A stretch of DNA of 64,000 nt, taken from NCBI RefSeq assembly GCF_006345805.1, contig NC_043012.1:39804001-39868000 (forward strand), read 5' to 3'. The position numbers were made by a program, and so were the translations under genes. Under the pieces are notes generated by a model. That model saw only the letters and a list, made by a program, of their open reading frames with translations. It searched no databases and was not told where the DNA came from. Origin of the DNA: Octopus sinensis (Eukaryota). Shown piece by piece: positions 1-12,530 of the stretch (within the stretch, counting starts at the first letter, position 1; each line of letters starts with the position of its first letter).

Positions 1-145
1 TTCCATCTACTAAATCCACTCACAAAGCTTTGGTCGCCCCGAGGCTATAGCAGAAGACACTTGCCCAAGGTGCCACTCAGTGGGACTGAACCCGTAACCA
101 TGTGGCTGGTTAGCAAGCTACTTACCACACAGCCACTCCTGCGCC
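1..145 (-). mobile_element. tRNA-derived SINE family A, 5' half (cut by window edge)
   Basis: The reverse complement begins GGCGCAGGAGTGGCTGTGTGGTAAG (A-box region), then GGGTTCAGTCCC (B-box), then CCTTGGGCAAGTGTCTT. It matches the full copy at 23073-23490. Confidence 0.85.
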
Positions 146-562
146 TATATGTATATCTACATAGTATGTGCGATGAAGGGAGATTGCGGGAGGTAACTCA
201 GAAATCTAAAACCTTTAACTTGCCTCCATTGCATTACCACAATTATCAACACAACCAGTACCACTATCACCACAACAACACCGTTATCACCACTATGCTT
301 CCACTACGACCACCCCTACTATCACCTCTTCTATCAGCTCCATCATTATCACACCAGTACTACCATTATCGTATTAAATATGTTTATCGTAACAGTAAAT
401 GTACGTGAAGGGGGGGGGGAGCACGCCATTTGCTGCTCCCCCCCCCCAATAACACACGCACAAAAAAAAGAAGCAAAATGATAAACCAGCATTATTAACA
501 ATATATGTTATTTAGCAAACAAGCCGTATAAATATGATTATTGATAAAAACCAAATCAACTT

Positions 563-619
563 AACAACAACAACAACAATAACAATAATAATAACAATAA
601 CAATAATAATAATAATAAC

Positions 620-656
<37 letters not shown>

Positions 657-666
657 TAATAATAAT
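563..666. repeat. (AAC)/(AAT)n microsatellite
   Basis: Direct reading of the sequence. Confidence 0.95.
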
Positions 667-1179
667 AAGCCGGCAAAAACCTAGTCAAATCAAGCAGGAG
701 TGAATAATACCAGCTAATTATTGTTAATAGCTGCTGCCTGGTTGCCTGTGTGATTAGCAGCCATGATTCCCTTGATTATATCTTTTACATTAGATTTGTT
801 TCTTCGCATTCTTTCTAGACTTCGTCAATTACTAAAAGACTTGAAATCAGTTTAAATATCTCTTAGCTCCAACAGTGACAACAACGTTAATCTAATTCGT
901 CACAACTTTGCTACATTTGCGAAGAATAAAAAGATTTCAGTTTAACAATTCAGTCTATAAGATTGACTTTTTTTTTGTTTTGTTTTTACCCTTCCGTTGT
1001 CGTTGAGTTGTTGTTGTTGTTGTTGTTGTTTCCTTCGTTTCTTATTTTCTCCTTCTTTCCTCTTCTGCTTGTTGTATGAAGCAACAGTGTGAAACTTATT
1101 AAGAAATGTTAGATAAAACAATATCTGATTATTCGCAGTTTACCAATTACACTTGTGTGTTTATAAATCTTATATATGT

Positions 1180-1499
1180 CTCTCTAAACTTATATGTGAG
1201 TGTGTGTGTATGCATGTATATGTGTATATACGCATATATATGTGCGTGTATGTATATATGCATATGTGTGTGTAATTGTGTGTGTGTGTATGTTTGTATG
1301 TATGTATGTATATACGTATCTGTATCTAGGTAAGTGTATAATGTGTGTATATATTTAGGCTTATATGTGTATATATGTGTATATATATATGCGTATGTGT
1401 GTGTGTATATATCTATGCAAGTGTATATGTGTGTATATATATATTTATTTAGATGTATATATAGGTATTTAATGCATATATGTTCATATATACACGGCT

Positions 1500-1553
<54 letters not shown>

Positions 1554-1760
1554 AGGTGTTTTTATATATCTGCATATATATAGCTATTTATACATGCGTA
1601 TATATATATCGATATATATATATTTATGCCTGGGCATATATATGTATATGTATGTATAAGTATATATATGTGTGTATACGCGTATATATATGCGTAAACG
1701 TATATATGCGTGTGTATATACATGTGTGCATGTGTATAGGTGTGTATATATGCACCTTGA
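1180..1760. repeat. Compound (TA)/(TG)/(TATG) low-complexity microsatellite
   Basis: Direct reading; this tract is the source of the YICV-type ORFs. Confidence 0.9.
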
Positions 1761-2055
1761 GCGAGTTGTAATAAGATACCTTTAACTGTCTCAGTGTCTA
1801 ATATCGTCATGGTTACGACGGTCATTATCATCATTGTATCCAAAAATCTTAATGACCCTGATTAACACCTGGTTAGACCTGATTAAGTCTTGACCTAGAG
1901 GTCAATCTTGTCCTGGGTTCAATGACAGACAATGCCATCATCATTCTTTCCCCGCAACGACGTGTCATATTCTATATGTGTCCAACCACATGCTAGAAAC
2001 GACAGTGACATCTTTTTGGTCATAAAAATTGAAAATACACTTTGGATAATGTAGT

Positions 2056-2440
2056 GGATGGAAGCACTCCGTCGGTTACGACGATGAGGGTTCCGGTTGA
2101 TCCGAATCAATGGAACAGTCTGCTCGTGAAATTAACGTGTAAGTGGCTGAGCAGTCCACAGACACGTGCACCCTTAACGTAGTTCTCGGGGATATTCAGC
2201 GTGAAACAGAGAGTGACAAGGCCGGCCCTTTGAAATACAGGTACAACAGAAACAGGAAGAGTGAGAGAAAGTTGTGGTGAAAGAGTACAGCAGGGATCAC
2301 CACCATCCCCTGCCGGAGCCTCGTGGAGCTTTTAGGTGTTTTCGCTCAATAAACACTCACAACGCCCGATCTGGGAATCGAAACCGCGATCCTATAACCG
2401 CGAGTCCGCTGCCCTAACCACTGGGCCATTGCGCCTCCAC
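2056..2440 (-). mobile_element. tRNA-derived SINE family B, full length, 13-bp TSD
   Basis: The minus-strand head has A-box TGGCCCAGTGG and B-box GGTTTCGATTCC; the tail ends GTAACCGACGGAGTGCTTCC. TSD TGGATAATGTAGT at 2043-2055 and 2441-2453. Probably an OR-type octopus SINE (name not verified). Confidence 0.92.
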
Positions 2441-2730
2441 TGGATAATGTAGTACAAGATATACTGCTCTGGAAAATACAGTTTGGAGTCGTAACAGTTT
2501 CCCTGTTATTTATCATCTTTTTGTTTGATTGAGGCTCACCTAGAGATAAACAGCAAAACACTGGAGTTCTTCTATCTGTAGAATAGATGAATGACATTTT
2601 GTTACAGTCGATTGTTGACATTAAGGCAACGACAAAAAAAAATCTGATGACAGGGTTTCGATCCTCAATCAATGACTCTACACTTGCATGACATCCTTTA
2701 ATGTTCACAACTGTGTATATATATGTGTAG

Positions 2731-2769
<39 letters not shown>

Positions 2770-3629
2770 CACGCATACCGAGATAGATATATACATTAAG
2801 AAAAACAAGGCAGGCAGATTTTTCATAATATACAATATCTGTACACCACTCCAAACACTTGCGCTCTCTCTCTATATATATATGTGTATGTGTGTGTGTG
2901 GTTGCCTGTATATGTATTTGTATGTGTGTAATGTAAATGTACGTACGTGTGTGCACTTAAAACTGAAAAAAATGCTAGATCAAGGGCGTTGATCTATTTT
3001 CAAGGATTATTAGTGTCTCGTCAGAGGTTTTACATCCCTTGGCCAACACCAGAGCACTAAGCAGTGAATGTGTTTGTATACACAACAAATCGTGTAACTT
3101 CAGGAACGGGTGCAACTCATTTACATACCATAAGTAATTCACACATTACTTAATGTCAGGGGACAGTCGACGGGTATCTCGGTCAACACAGTGTCAAGAT
3201 ATGTTATAAATAAGTTATGTATAAGACATACAAACAAATTTAACTGTCTGCGTAGATTGTAAAAAGGATGACCAATTATATATATCACCATGAATTATCT
3301 CCCCTTCATTCAATCTCTCTTTATTATTATTTCCCTTTCATCCAACCTCTTTTTTTTTGGAATCAGTTGCCATGTTGGATGACTGGACTCAGCACGTTCT
3401 TTTCATTCTCTCTCAATATATTTCTTCTTCTTATTCCTTTCTGGCAAAACGTAAGAGACTTTTCCATTTTTCCCCGAACGTCAACCTAATATACTTGCTT
3501 GTTGTTCCTACACCTGTCTTGATTTATAAATTAAAGCAACCATATGTTTCATGTTAAGAAAAGTAGGAAAATATCCAAGTATCTAACCAATTGTTCAAGC
3601 CGATCACATTTCCATTTTGGAAAGCATAA

Positions 3630-3691
<62 letters not shown>

Positions 3692-3739
3692 GCAGATAGA
3701 TAAGCAGACAGACAATCAGGTAAATAGATATAATGCATT

Positions 3740-4125
3740 GTTGATGTACATGTGTGTATGTATATAAATATATACATATTCATATAAGCGTATATGTGCA
3801 TACGCGTGTGTATACATATATATACCTATAAGTATATATGTGTGTATATATATATATATATACACACACATATATATATATATATATTTATATGTGTATA
3901 TATGTATATGTGTGTATATATATATATGTGTTTATGTATATATGTATATATGTATATATGTGTGTATATATATGCATATATATATATGTGTATACATGTA
4001 TATATATGTATGCATATATATACATGCGTATAGATGTACATATACATATGAATATATGTTTTTATATATATATAATATATATATGTATATATGTATATGT
4101 ATATATGCATATGTATATATGTATG

Positions 4126-4160
<35 letters not shown>

Positions 4161-4165
4161 ATGTA
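3740..4165. repeat. Compound (TA)/(TG) microsatellite
   Basis: Direct reading of the sequence. Confidence 0.9.
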
Positions 4166-4944
4166 GAGTAAGGGAGAAAGCAAAAGCACATAAAGAGTGA
4201 GAGGGGGAGTGTGAGTGACTAACAGTAAATATGGAATCTAATTGTAAACGATAAAAACTAAACAAAAACTATACCACCACCGGCGCCACCACCGGCGCCA
4301 CCACCAGCGCCACCACCATCCCACAAAAAATAATTACTAAAAAGAAACTTTTTCTCCCCCTCCCCACACATCCCCCAAACCTAATAATTATTAATTGTTA
4401 TTAATTAAGCAGAATTCGAGGAATATTCAATATATATTTTAATGTTGTTTTTTTTATCTCATAGGAGAGTCAATCCTAATCTCCCCAGACTCGTGAGCCA
4501 ATTAAGCAATTACTCCGTTACGTTAATGAATTAAAGAAATGAAATTTGGTTTTCGTTTATAAATTTTTGTTTTGGATGGGATTGGGGTGGGTGGGTTGTG
4601 TGCATGTGTTCGTTCGCTGTGTGTGTATGTGTTTGTATAAGTTTTTCTGTGTTTGTGTGTGTGTGTGTATGTGTGAGAGTGAGTTTCTTATTGTGTGCAT
4701 GTGTGTGTGTGTGTGCGTGTTTGTGTGTGTCCTTGTTTGTCGTAATCCAAAATAGAGTGTGGGAGGGGGAAGAAACGACGATAAAAGGTAGGGGGGGAGC
4801 GGAAGAACAAAAACGAGAAACAGGAAGATGATGACGAAGAAAAAGTGCGGGATGATAATTAAAAGTTAGATATGTTTATAAGATTAGTGTTTATTTCTTA
4901 TCATAATAATAATAACAGTCGTCATGGCCGTGGTCGCCAACATC

Positions 4945-5425
4945 GTCGTCGTCGTCAGCATATTAGCCGTCATCGTCGTCGTCAGCATATTAGCCGTCAT
5001 CGTCATCATATTAGCCGTCATCGTCGTCAGCATATTAGCCGTCATCGTCATCGTCAGCATATTAGCCGTCATCGTCGTCGTCAGCATATTAGCCGTCATC
5101 GTCGTCGTCAGCATATTAGCCGTCATCGTCGTCGTCAGCATATTAGCCGTCATCGTCATCGTCAGCATATTAGCCGTCATCGTCGTCGTCAGCATATTAG
5201 CCGTCATCGTCGTCGTCAGCATATTAGCCGTCATCGTCGTCGTCAGCATATTAGCCGTCATCGTCATCGTCAGCATATTAGCCGTCATCATCGTCGTCAG
5301 CATATTAGCCGTCATCGTCGTCGTCAGCATATTAGCCGTCATCATCGTCGTCAGCATATTAGCCGTCATCATCGTCGTCAGCATATTAGCCGTCATCATC
5401 GTCGTCAGCATATTAGCCGTCATCA
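4945..5425. repeat. 27-bp minisatellite, about 18 units (AGCATATTAGCCGTCATCGTCGTCGTC)
   Basis: The CATATTAGCC core recurs 18 times. Units are mostly 27 bp with a few shorter ones; the array is built on a (GTC/ATC)n background. Confidence 0.95.
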
Positions 5426-5584
5426 TCTTCGACACCGTCGTCTCCCTCCCCATCGTTATAATCATCGTTACCAATATTATCGCAGGTTTATCTCCATATC
5501 CAGAGTCGTCATTTATCTTCACTATTTAGAATTATTATTAAAACTTCGTTATTAGTAGTATCGTTAGTTACATCTATTTAAGTT

Positions 5585-5705
5585 CCGGTTTCAAATCCCA
5601 CTAACGTCAGCTCGGCGTAATTTAAAGTACCAACCAAGCAGTGAGATCGATTACATCGATCTCACTGTTTCCCTTCAAATTTCTGGCCTCGCCTAGTTTA
5701 GGAGC
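5585..5705 (+). mobile_element. Degenerate SINE family C-like fragment
   Basis: B-box-like GGTTTCAAATCCC, then AAGTACCA, the tcgat/atcga hairpin and a caaatttctggcct tail resembling family C. Confidence 0.5.
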
Positions 5706-6094
5706 AGGTATCGTTATTTTGGTGAGTGGAGTAGATTATTCATTTTAGGATGCAAAAGCTCTGCAACACCTGACGAGGCCCTCAGATTCTGTGTTTATCG
5801 CTGTCGGAGGAATCAGTGCTATATTTAGCATCGGGCATCTACCACTGACAAAACAATGGAAGGCTGAAATCAAATGGTTTGGTAGTCCCTGAGGCGATGA
5901 CGGACGATTATCGACTAGGTGAGACATAAACATGAGTGCTTGTATGTGCCACAAGTACAGAGGAGAGATTCCTTTACGGTAACTAACGCAGTTTTTCTAT
6001 GTTCTAACACAACAACTACTTTTAAGTAGCGATAAATATCATACATTTTGGTGTCGATACTGTTTCTCTTGCTATTAATTATATATATTTGTCA

Positions 6095-6466
6095 GTGGAG
6101 GCGCAAAGGCCCAGTGGTTAGGGCAGCGGGCTCGCGGTCGGAGGATCGCGGTTTCGATTCCCAGACCGGGCGTTGTGTGTGTTTATTGAGCGAAAACACC
6201 TAAAGCTCCACGAGGCTCCGGCAGGGGGTGGTGGCGACCCCTGTTGTACTCTTTCGCCTCAACTTTCTCTCACTCCACTCTTACTTCCTGTTTCTGTTGT
6301 ACCTGTATTTCACGCTGTGTCACGCTGAATATCCCTGAGAACTACGTTAAGGGTGCACGTGTCTGTGGAGTGCTCAGCCACTTACACGTTAATTTCACGA
6401 GCAGGCTGTTCCGTTGATTCGGATCAACCGGAACCCTCATCGTCGTAACCGACGGAGTACTTCCAC
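6095..6466 (+). mobile_element. SINE family B, near full length, 12-bp TSD
   Basis: Same head and tail as 2056-2440 with a small internal deletion. TSD ATATATTTGTCA at 6083-6094 and 6467-6478. Confidence 0.92.
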
Positions 6467-6910
6467 ATATATTTGTCATATCTTGTGTCCCTGTTGAGTC
6501 GTAGTGAGCCATAATTGAACGAAGCCTTAGGCACTGGTGTAAGACTACGTCGTCTTATATGTGACAAGCATAAGAATACGTCTACGTGCGTGTATGTATT
6601 TGATGTATATGTGTGAGTAAATGGTTAAGACATTCATTTCACAGCCACGAGCTTCAGAGCACGATCCCAACGCGTGGTAACCTTCGCAAACATCATAAAT
6701 TTATTTTCCAGCCTCCGCTCGATCTATAATTGTGAGTTAAAGTGAAGCAATGGGAACCATTGGGTGGATTGTACACGTAATGACACTCACCGGGCAATGC
6801 CGATTCTGCCTGTGAATTCTGTTAGGCGTACGCGTGTTTCTGCCACTTATACGTTAATTCAATTCACTGCACAACTGAATCTTCATCCTCGAAACCGATG
6901 GGAAGCCATC

Positions 6911-6977
<67 letters not shown>

Positions 6978-7901
6978 TCACATACGCATTATTTATATAA
7001 TCATCTGGATTCTTATAAAGAAACTGGTCTCTAGCAAAATTCCTTCAGAGGATTCATACCTGTTGTCGCCTTAATCTCTCCTTAATCCATACCTACTGTC
7101 TTGATAATAACATCTAAACACATCTGAAAAGAAGTCGGGATAGACATGGACGGATTGTCTTTGCATATTGAACCTACACAATCAAAACCAAACCCGATCG
7201 GAATAGCAACCACACTAAATCTTGATGAATCACTTTTTATTTTTATTATTTCTAAAATTCTAAAATCTAAAGAAATAAACTAATGCTTTAAAACACACAA
7301 AAGGAATCTCCAGGCTTAGAGCTTAAATAAAGCAAAAATTGTAAAGGAAATCATCTTGGGGCATTTCCAAAAGCCAAGCATTGGTGGTAGTGCTTCGTAT
7401 GTTGTTTTTGTTTTTTCTTCCTTTCTAAAGCATCTACATAATCAGTTGATTTAATTAAAGGTGTAATTGTATGCCATTCAAATTGTATCAACTCGTAGCA
7501 ATTATAATTAGAATTAGTTACATTTTCTTACATACCATAGTAATTTTTAATTAAGTCTTTAAGTACAATCTGATGATTTTTCTACTGAGCGAGCATTTTC
7601 TGTTTCTTTTTTGTCACTGTTTTCTGCATGACTTTACTGTTCGCCATCGTCGTCACAGAGTTCCACTATCGTGTAAGAACATCAATTTTGCTGTAAGTAA
7701 TGGTAAGCCGGATTAGTAACGACATCAGCAGAACGTCAGCATCATTATAGCCATCAGCAGCAGCAACATCATCATCATCAATATCAATTAGGCTATCAGC
7801 AACAGTAGAACTTCCGTCAGCTGTATTATCACCCCCATCTTCATTATCACCATCGTTATCATCCTTATAATACTCTTCATCACCATCACCAACATAATTG
7901 C

Positions 7902-7937
<36 letters not shown>

Positions 7938-8004
7938 GTCAATTTTTATCGGCATTACTGACGGAGTAATAGATAACAATTAAATATGATTTTGTTCTTT
8001 TGAA

Positions 8005-8190
8005 TCCTTTCTTCTGGGGTGGGTAGAGGTACTGATCGATTACATCGACCCCAGTATTTCAGTGGTACTTAATTTAGCGACCCCGAAAGAATGAAAGACC
8101 TCGGCAGAATTTGAACTCAGAACATGACGACGGATGAAATGCTGCTAAACATTTTGCCTGGCGTCCTAACGATTCTGCCATCTCGCCGCC

Positions 8191-8192
<2 letters not shown>
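8005..8192 (-). mobile_element. SINE family C, copy 1 of a tandem array
   Basis: Minus-strand head AAGGCGGCGAG..GGCAGAATCGTTAG with B-box GAGTTCAAATTC; body TTTCATTCTTTCGGGGTCGCTAAATTAAGTACC. Confidence 0.8.
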
Positions 8193-8239
<47 letters not shown>

Positions 8240-8453
8240 GTTCTACTGTAGGCACAAGGCCTGAAATTTGGGCGGCGAAGAGATTAAGTCGATTACATCT
8301 ACCCCAGTGCGTAACTGGTACTTGTTTCATCGACCTCAAAAGGATGAAAGGCAAGGTCGACCTCCGGGCAATTTCAACTCAGAGCGTAGAGATGGATGAA
8401 ATACCGCTAAGCATTTCGTTTAGTGTGCTAACGATTCTACCACCTCAACGCCT
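8240..8453 (-). mobile_element. SINE family C, copy 2
   Basis: Same consensus; tail CCTTGTGCCTACAGTAGAA followed by (ATT)n. Confidence 0.8.
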
Positions 8454-8527
8454 GTATTGATGATGATGATGATGAGGAAGAGGAGGAGGAGGATTAATGA
8501 TGATGATGATGATGATGATGATACTAC

Positions 8528-8739
8528 TATCTACGATAGGCACAAGGCCTGAAATATCGGGGGAAGAGATAAGTCGATTACATCGACCCAAGTGTGTAAC
8601 TAGTACTTATTTTATCGACATCCGAAAGGATGAAACGCAAAGTCGACCTCGGCGGAATTTGAACTTAGAACGTAATGACAGACAAAATACTGCTAAGAAT
8701 TTTGTCGGCCTGCTAACGATTCGGTGAGGTCGCCGCCTT
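8528..8739 (-). mobile_element. SINE family C, copy 3
   Basis: Same consensus; flanked by (TGA)n and (TAA)n. Confidence 0.8.
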
Positions 8740-8754
8740 AATAATAATAATAAT

Positions 8755-8965
8755 CATTTCGACTGGAAACAGAAGGCCTCAAATTTGTGAGGTGGGGACT
8801 AATCGATTATATCAACTCCAGTGCTTCACTGGTACTTAATTTATCGACCCCGAAAGGGTGAAAGGCAAAGTCAACCTCAGCCGAATTTGAACTCCGAACG
8901 TCAAGACAAACGAAATGAAGCTAAGCATTTTGCCGGAGTGCTAACCATTCGGCTAAATGGCCGCC

Positions 8966-8967
<2 letters not shown>
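8755..8967 (-). mobile_element. SINE family C, copy 4
   Basis: Same consensus; flanked by (TAA)n. Confidence 0.8.
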
Positions 8968-9031
<64 letters not shown>

Positions 9032-9054
9032 GTAACAACAACAACAACAACAAT

Positions 9055-9253
9055 AGTTTAAATTTTGCCATAAGGGCAGCATTTTTCGGGGAAGGGATGA
9101 CATCGGTCCCAGTGTTCAACTGACACTTGTTTTGCCGAACCCGAAAGGATGAAAGGCAAAGTTGACCTCGGCGGAATTTGAACTTAGGACGACATGACGG
9201 ACGAAATGTCGCTAAGCAATTTTTCCGGTGTGCTAATGATTCTGCCAGCTCGC
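9055..9253 (-). mobile_element. SINE family C, copy 5 (alternative tail subtype)
   Basis: Same head and body; the tail is of the 'aaattttg-ca-aagg-cagca' subtype also seen at 22196 and 29237. Confidence 0.78.
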
Positions 9254-12184
9254 TAGTTTTAGTAAAGATGATGCGTTATTTCTTGTAATAGTAGTAGTGG
9301 TGATAGTAGTTTTGGTGGTAATTGTGGAATTTATGGTTACAGTGTTAGTAGTGACGGTGATTGAAATGTACAACATCAGCGATATGATGGTAGTCATGGC
9401 AGGAGCTGAAAGTTTGTGCAAAGAAGGAAGTATTGTTATTTGTTTTTGCTTTTGTTTGCTTCTTTGTAATTGCATTTATTTGTGTCATGTTTTTGTTTTG
9501 GTTTCCTTTTTGTTTTACATTTTGTTCTCAATACTCCTGTTGCGTTCAGAAATCACGAAATGTGCAAAAGTCTGAGATACAATTAGCTTCAACATGTGCC
9601 AAGCGGAGAAATCGTTTGAGCATTTGTTTGTTTTTGAAAGAAAATAGAAGAAAAGAAAGACGAGGAAAGAGAAGTTTTAGGAATGATGTAGAGAGAGGGA
9701 CAGGGACAGAGAGGGAGAGACAGAGAGAGAGAGACTTAGAAAAGCAGAGGAAGCCTGATAGGGGAAGAGAACTTAGTTCAAATTTGAAAATGAGGCGGAA
9801 AATGTAAAATTTGTGAAAATGAAAAAAAAAAAAAAAGGAACTTGAATGAAATGAAAAACAAACAAAAATAGAAAAAACTAAAGGCAGTAAAAGTTTTAAA
9901 AAGAAAAGATTAATAATTAAATTGCTGATGATTTACGTATGATTATTGTTTTTGAAAGCAAATTAAAATTTGATATTTTATTCCCCGTGGGTATTTAAGT
10001 TATAATTACCCAAGATTTTCATGCAAATCGCTAAAATATTCAAGTTCATGCCAATTTTATTGAAATAGTGAATTTGATGCTTGGTAGGTGTCTCATGGTG
10101 CCACTGAAAATACGGTGAATATTTCAGGCAACGTCACAAATTCACCAAAGATTTTTCATTACTTTTTCGTTTTGTCTTTGTTTTTTTTTCTACTTTTTTT
10201 TTTGTAGGGGAGGTTATAGTGAGGAAATAAACTGTAGAATTGTATAGTAAGAGGAGAGTTTCACATTTATTCTATTTCTTAAATTTTATATTTTATTTTA
10301 TTTCTTTACATATTTATATGTTATGTTTTAACTTTTGTTGTGGGGTGCATAGGGAGTTTGATTTTTATTTATTTTCTAATAATATTTGCAGATGTTTTAG
10401 TCTCGAATAAATCTTAAAAGCCGTTCGTTCACACTTTGCTTTTAAAATACTAAATGAATATTTACCTTATTTCAATTTTTTTTCTATGTTTTATTAATTT
10501 TTCTTTCAATTATTAGTGTTTTTACTTGTGTGTTTTTGATATTTTTTAACGTTTAGAAAACATTAGTTGCAGTTAATGAGATTTTAAAGAGAATTACATT
10601 GTTGTTACACTAAAGCTTGTAAATCGCTTAATAACCACGAGTAAATGTATTTCTTTACGTCATAATGTATGTAGCTTTGTATCAATGTATTTGGGTGAGT
10701 TGGTGTGAAGACATGACTACATGTCAGTAATGACGTTCCGATCAAAGTTCATATTTGCCTCATTGATGTTGTAAACAATTAAATCTTGACCACCTGGGAA
10801 CTTTTTTAATGTCTGCATAACGAGGTTAGAAAACGAGACGAAGACTGTTTTATTACATAAACCATTCCCCTCTTCGTTCGATAGCCTCGTTTTATTACAT
10901 AAAAAGCGGATAGTGAGAAAAGTAGAGGTGGCTTGCTTTACTAAAAACATTTGTTGACAAATGAGCCAGCAAGAGAGATTTTCGCTCGGTTACGAATCCC
11001 TGCCACCTTTGTCTTAAATCAGAATCATCCAACCTGGAAATAAAAAGATGCCAAAGATTACTTCGCCGATATTAGAGACAAACGATGTCTAAATTGAGGC
11101 AGTCATGACTGGATTGCTTTTGATCAGAGACCTGCATAACTAAGGCTTACTTGGTGTTTAAGGGACAACAACAAAGCCTAATTGAAGATGATGTGAATCG
11201 TAACGCTTCCACAGTGTAGACAGTGATCTTCTTTGAACAAACATGATTTGACAGGTTTAGCGACTAAAGAGTGACGACATATAACAGAGATGGGTGGGGT
11301 GGGGGTGTCTTTCTGGTTTTGTTGCGTACAACCAAAGAGTGGGGACAAGTGGCAGACATATGATAAGATCAGTAGGTGAAACCAGTGAGTGATGACACAT
11401 TACAGAGACAGATGAAAACTGATGGACTCGATTCTATAAAGAATAGTCAATACCCCCTCCACCGCCATCTTGACACCCTCGGGAACGTCCAGTCCAAATG
11501 TTGACTGCAAAATCATTTTATTTGTTGTTGATCACGTCCTCTATTATCCTACTGATGTAAAATGGAGATTTCGCTATTATTTCTATAAGATCGGATCATG
11601 AACCGTCATTAATCCGGAAGTGATCCCAATAAAGTTACTCCATTGAGAACAATAGAAAGTAAACAGATATAATGTTTATAAAAATAATATTACAGAGCTG
11701 TAGTTGTTTTTGTTGTTGCTGCTGTTGTTTCAGGAACTGTTGTTGTTTAGCCCCAACTCAGCACAAATCTATTACCAACATCGTTTATTCATAACGATCT
11801 CACTTTTTTTGTCAGGCAGTGTGTATCAAGCATTCAACTTCTGACATCGTAAGAAGACATTTAAAGGAGACTCGCTCCTCACACATTCTAGCTGGTGAAA
11901 CAACTGCATACCGTTCCCCTCCTTGGTTCATAAAAGTTATCGTGATAAGACAGCAGAACAACAGATTGCAGGAATGCATCCAGAACTTTAGAATCTGGAT
12001 TTAAATGAATCTGAGATCAACTTTGAACGCCAGAAGACAGGAACGTCTTGTGAAGAAATGTAGTAGAAAAACCATGTGAGGAAATTAGAACTCTTGACTC
12101 GTAGCTTGGTATTCTGATACCATATGTGTGTGTGTGTGTGTGTGTGTGTGGACCTATTTATACATACACACACATACATGTATT

Positions 12185-12530
12185 CTTTCTTTTATGCTTA
12201 TACTTGTTTCAGACATGTCTGGCCATACTGGGACAACGCCTTGAACGATTTTAATTGACCGATTTTTTAAAGCCTTAAGCTATCGGTCTCTCTTGTGAAA
12301 TGGTGATGAGGGGAGAAACAAAGACACACGCATTGATATATATATATACATATAGAAATATATATATAACACGGGCTTCTTTCAGTTTCCGTCTACCAAA
12401 TCCACTCACAAGGTTTTAGTCGACTCGAGGCTATAGTAGAAGACACTTGTCTAAGATGTCACGACGTGGGACAGAACCCAAAAACATGTGGTTGGGAAGC
12501 AAGCTTCTTACGACAGAGCCACACTCGAGC
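12185..12530 (-). mobile_element. SINE family A, diverged near-full copy
   Basis: Contains gggcttctttcagtttccgtctaccaaatccactcacaagg and the family tail cttgtttcag. Confidence 0.8.

Noticed and set aside
4872-5555. 200-227-aa ORFs in three frames, including an Arg/His-rich one
   Set aside because: They coincide exactly with a 27-bp minisatellite; the open frames follow from the unit sequence and there is no splice or homology support.
5750-5925. Possible exon (TTTTAG acceptor, GTGAGA donor)
   Set aside because: All three frames contain a stop and I recognise no product.
7378-7400. GCATTGGTGGT resembling the tRNA-Gly 5' end
   Set aside because: Only about 11 nt match, with no cloverleaf or B-box.
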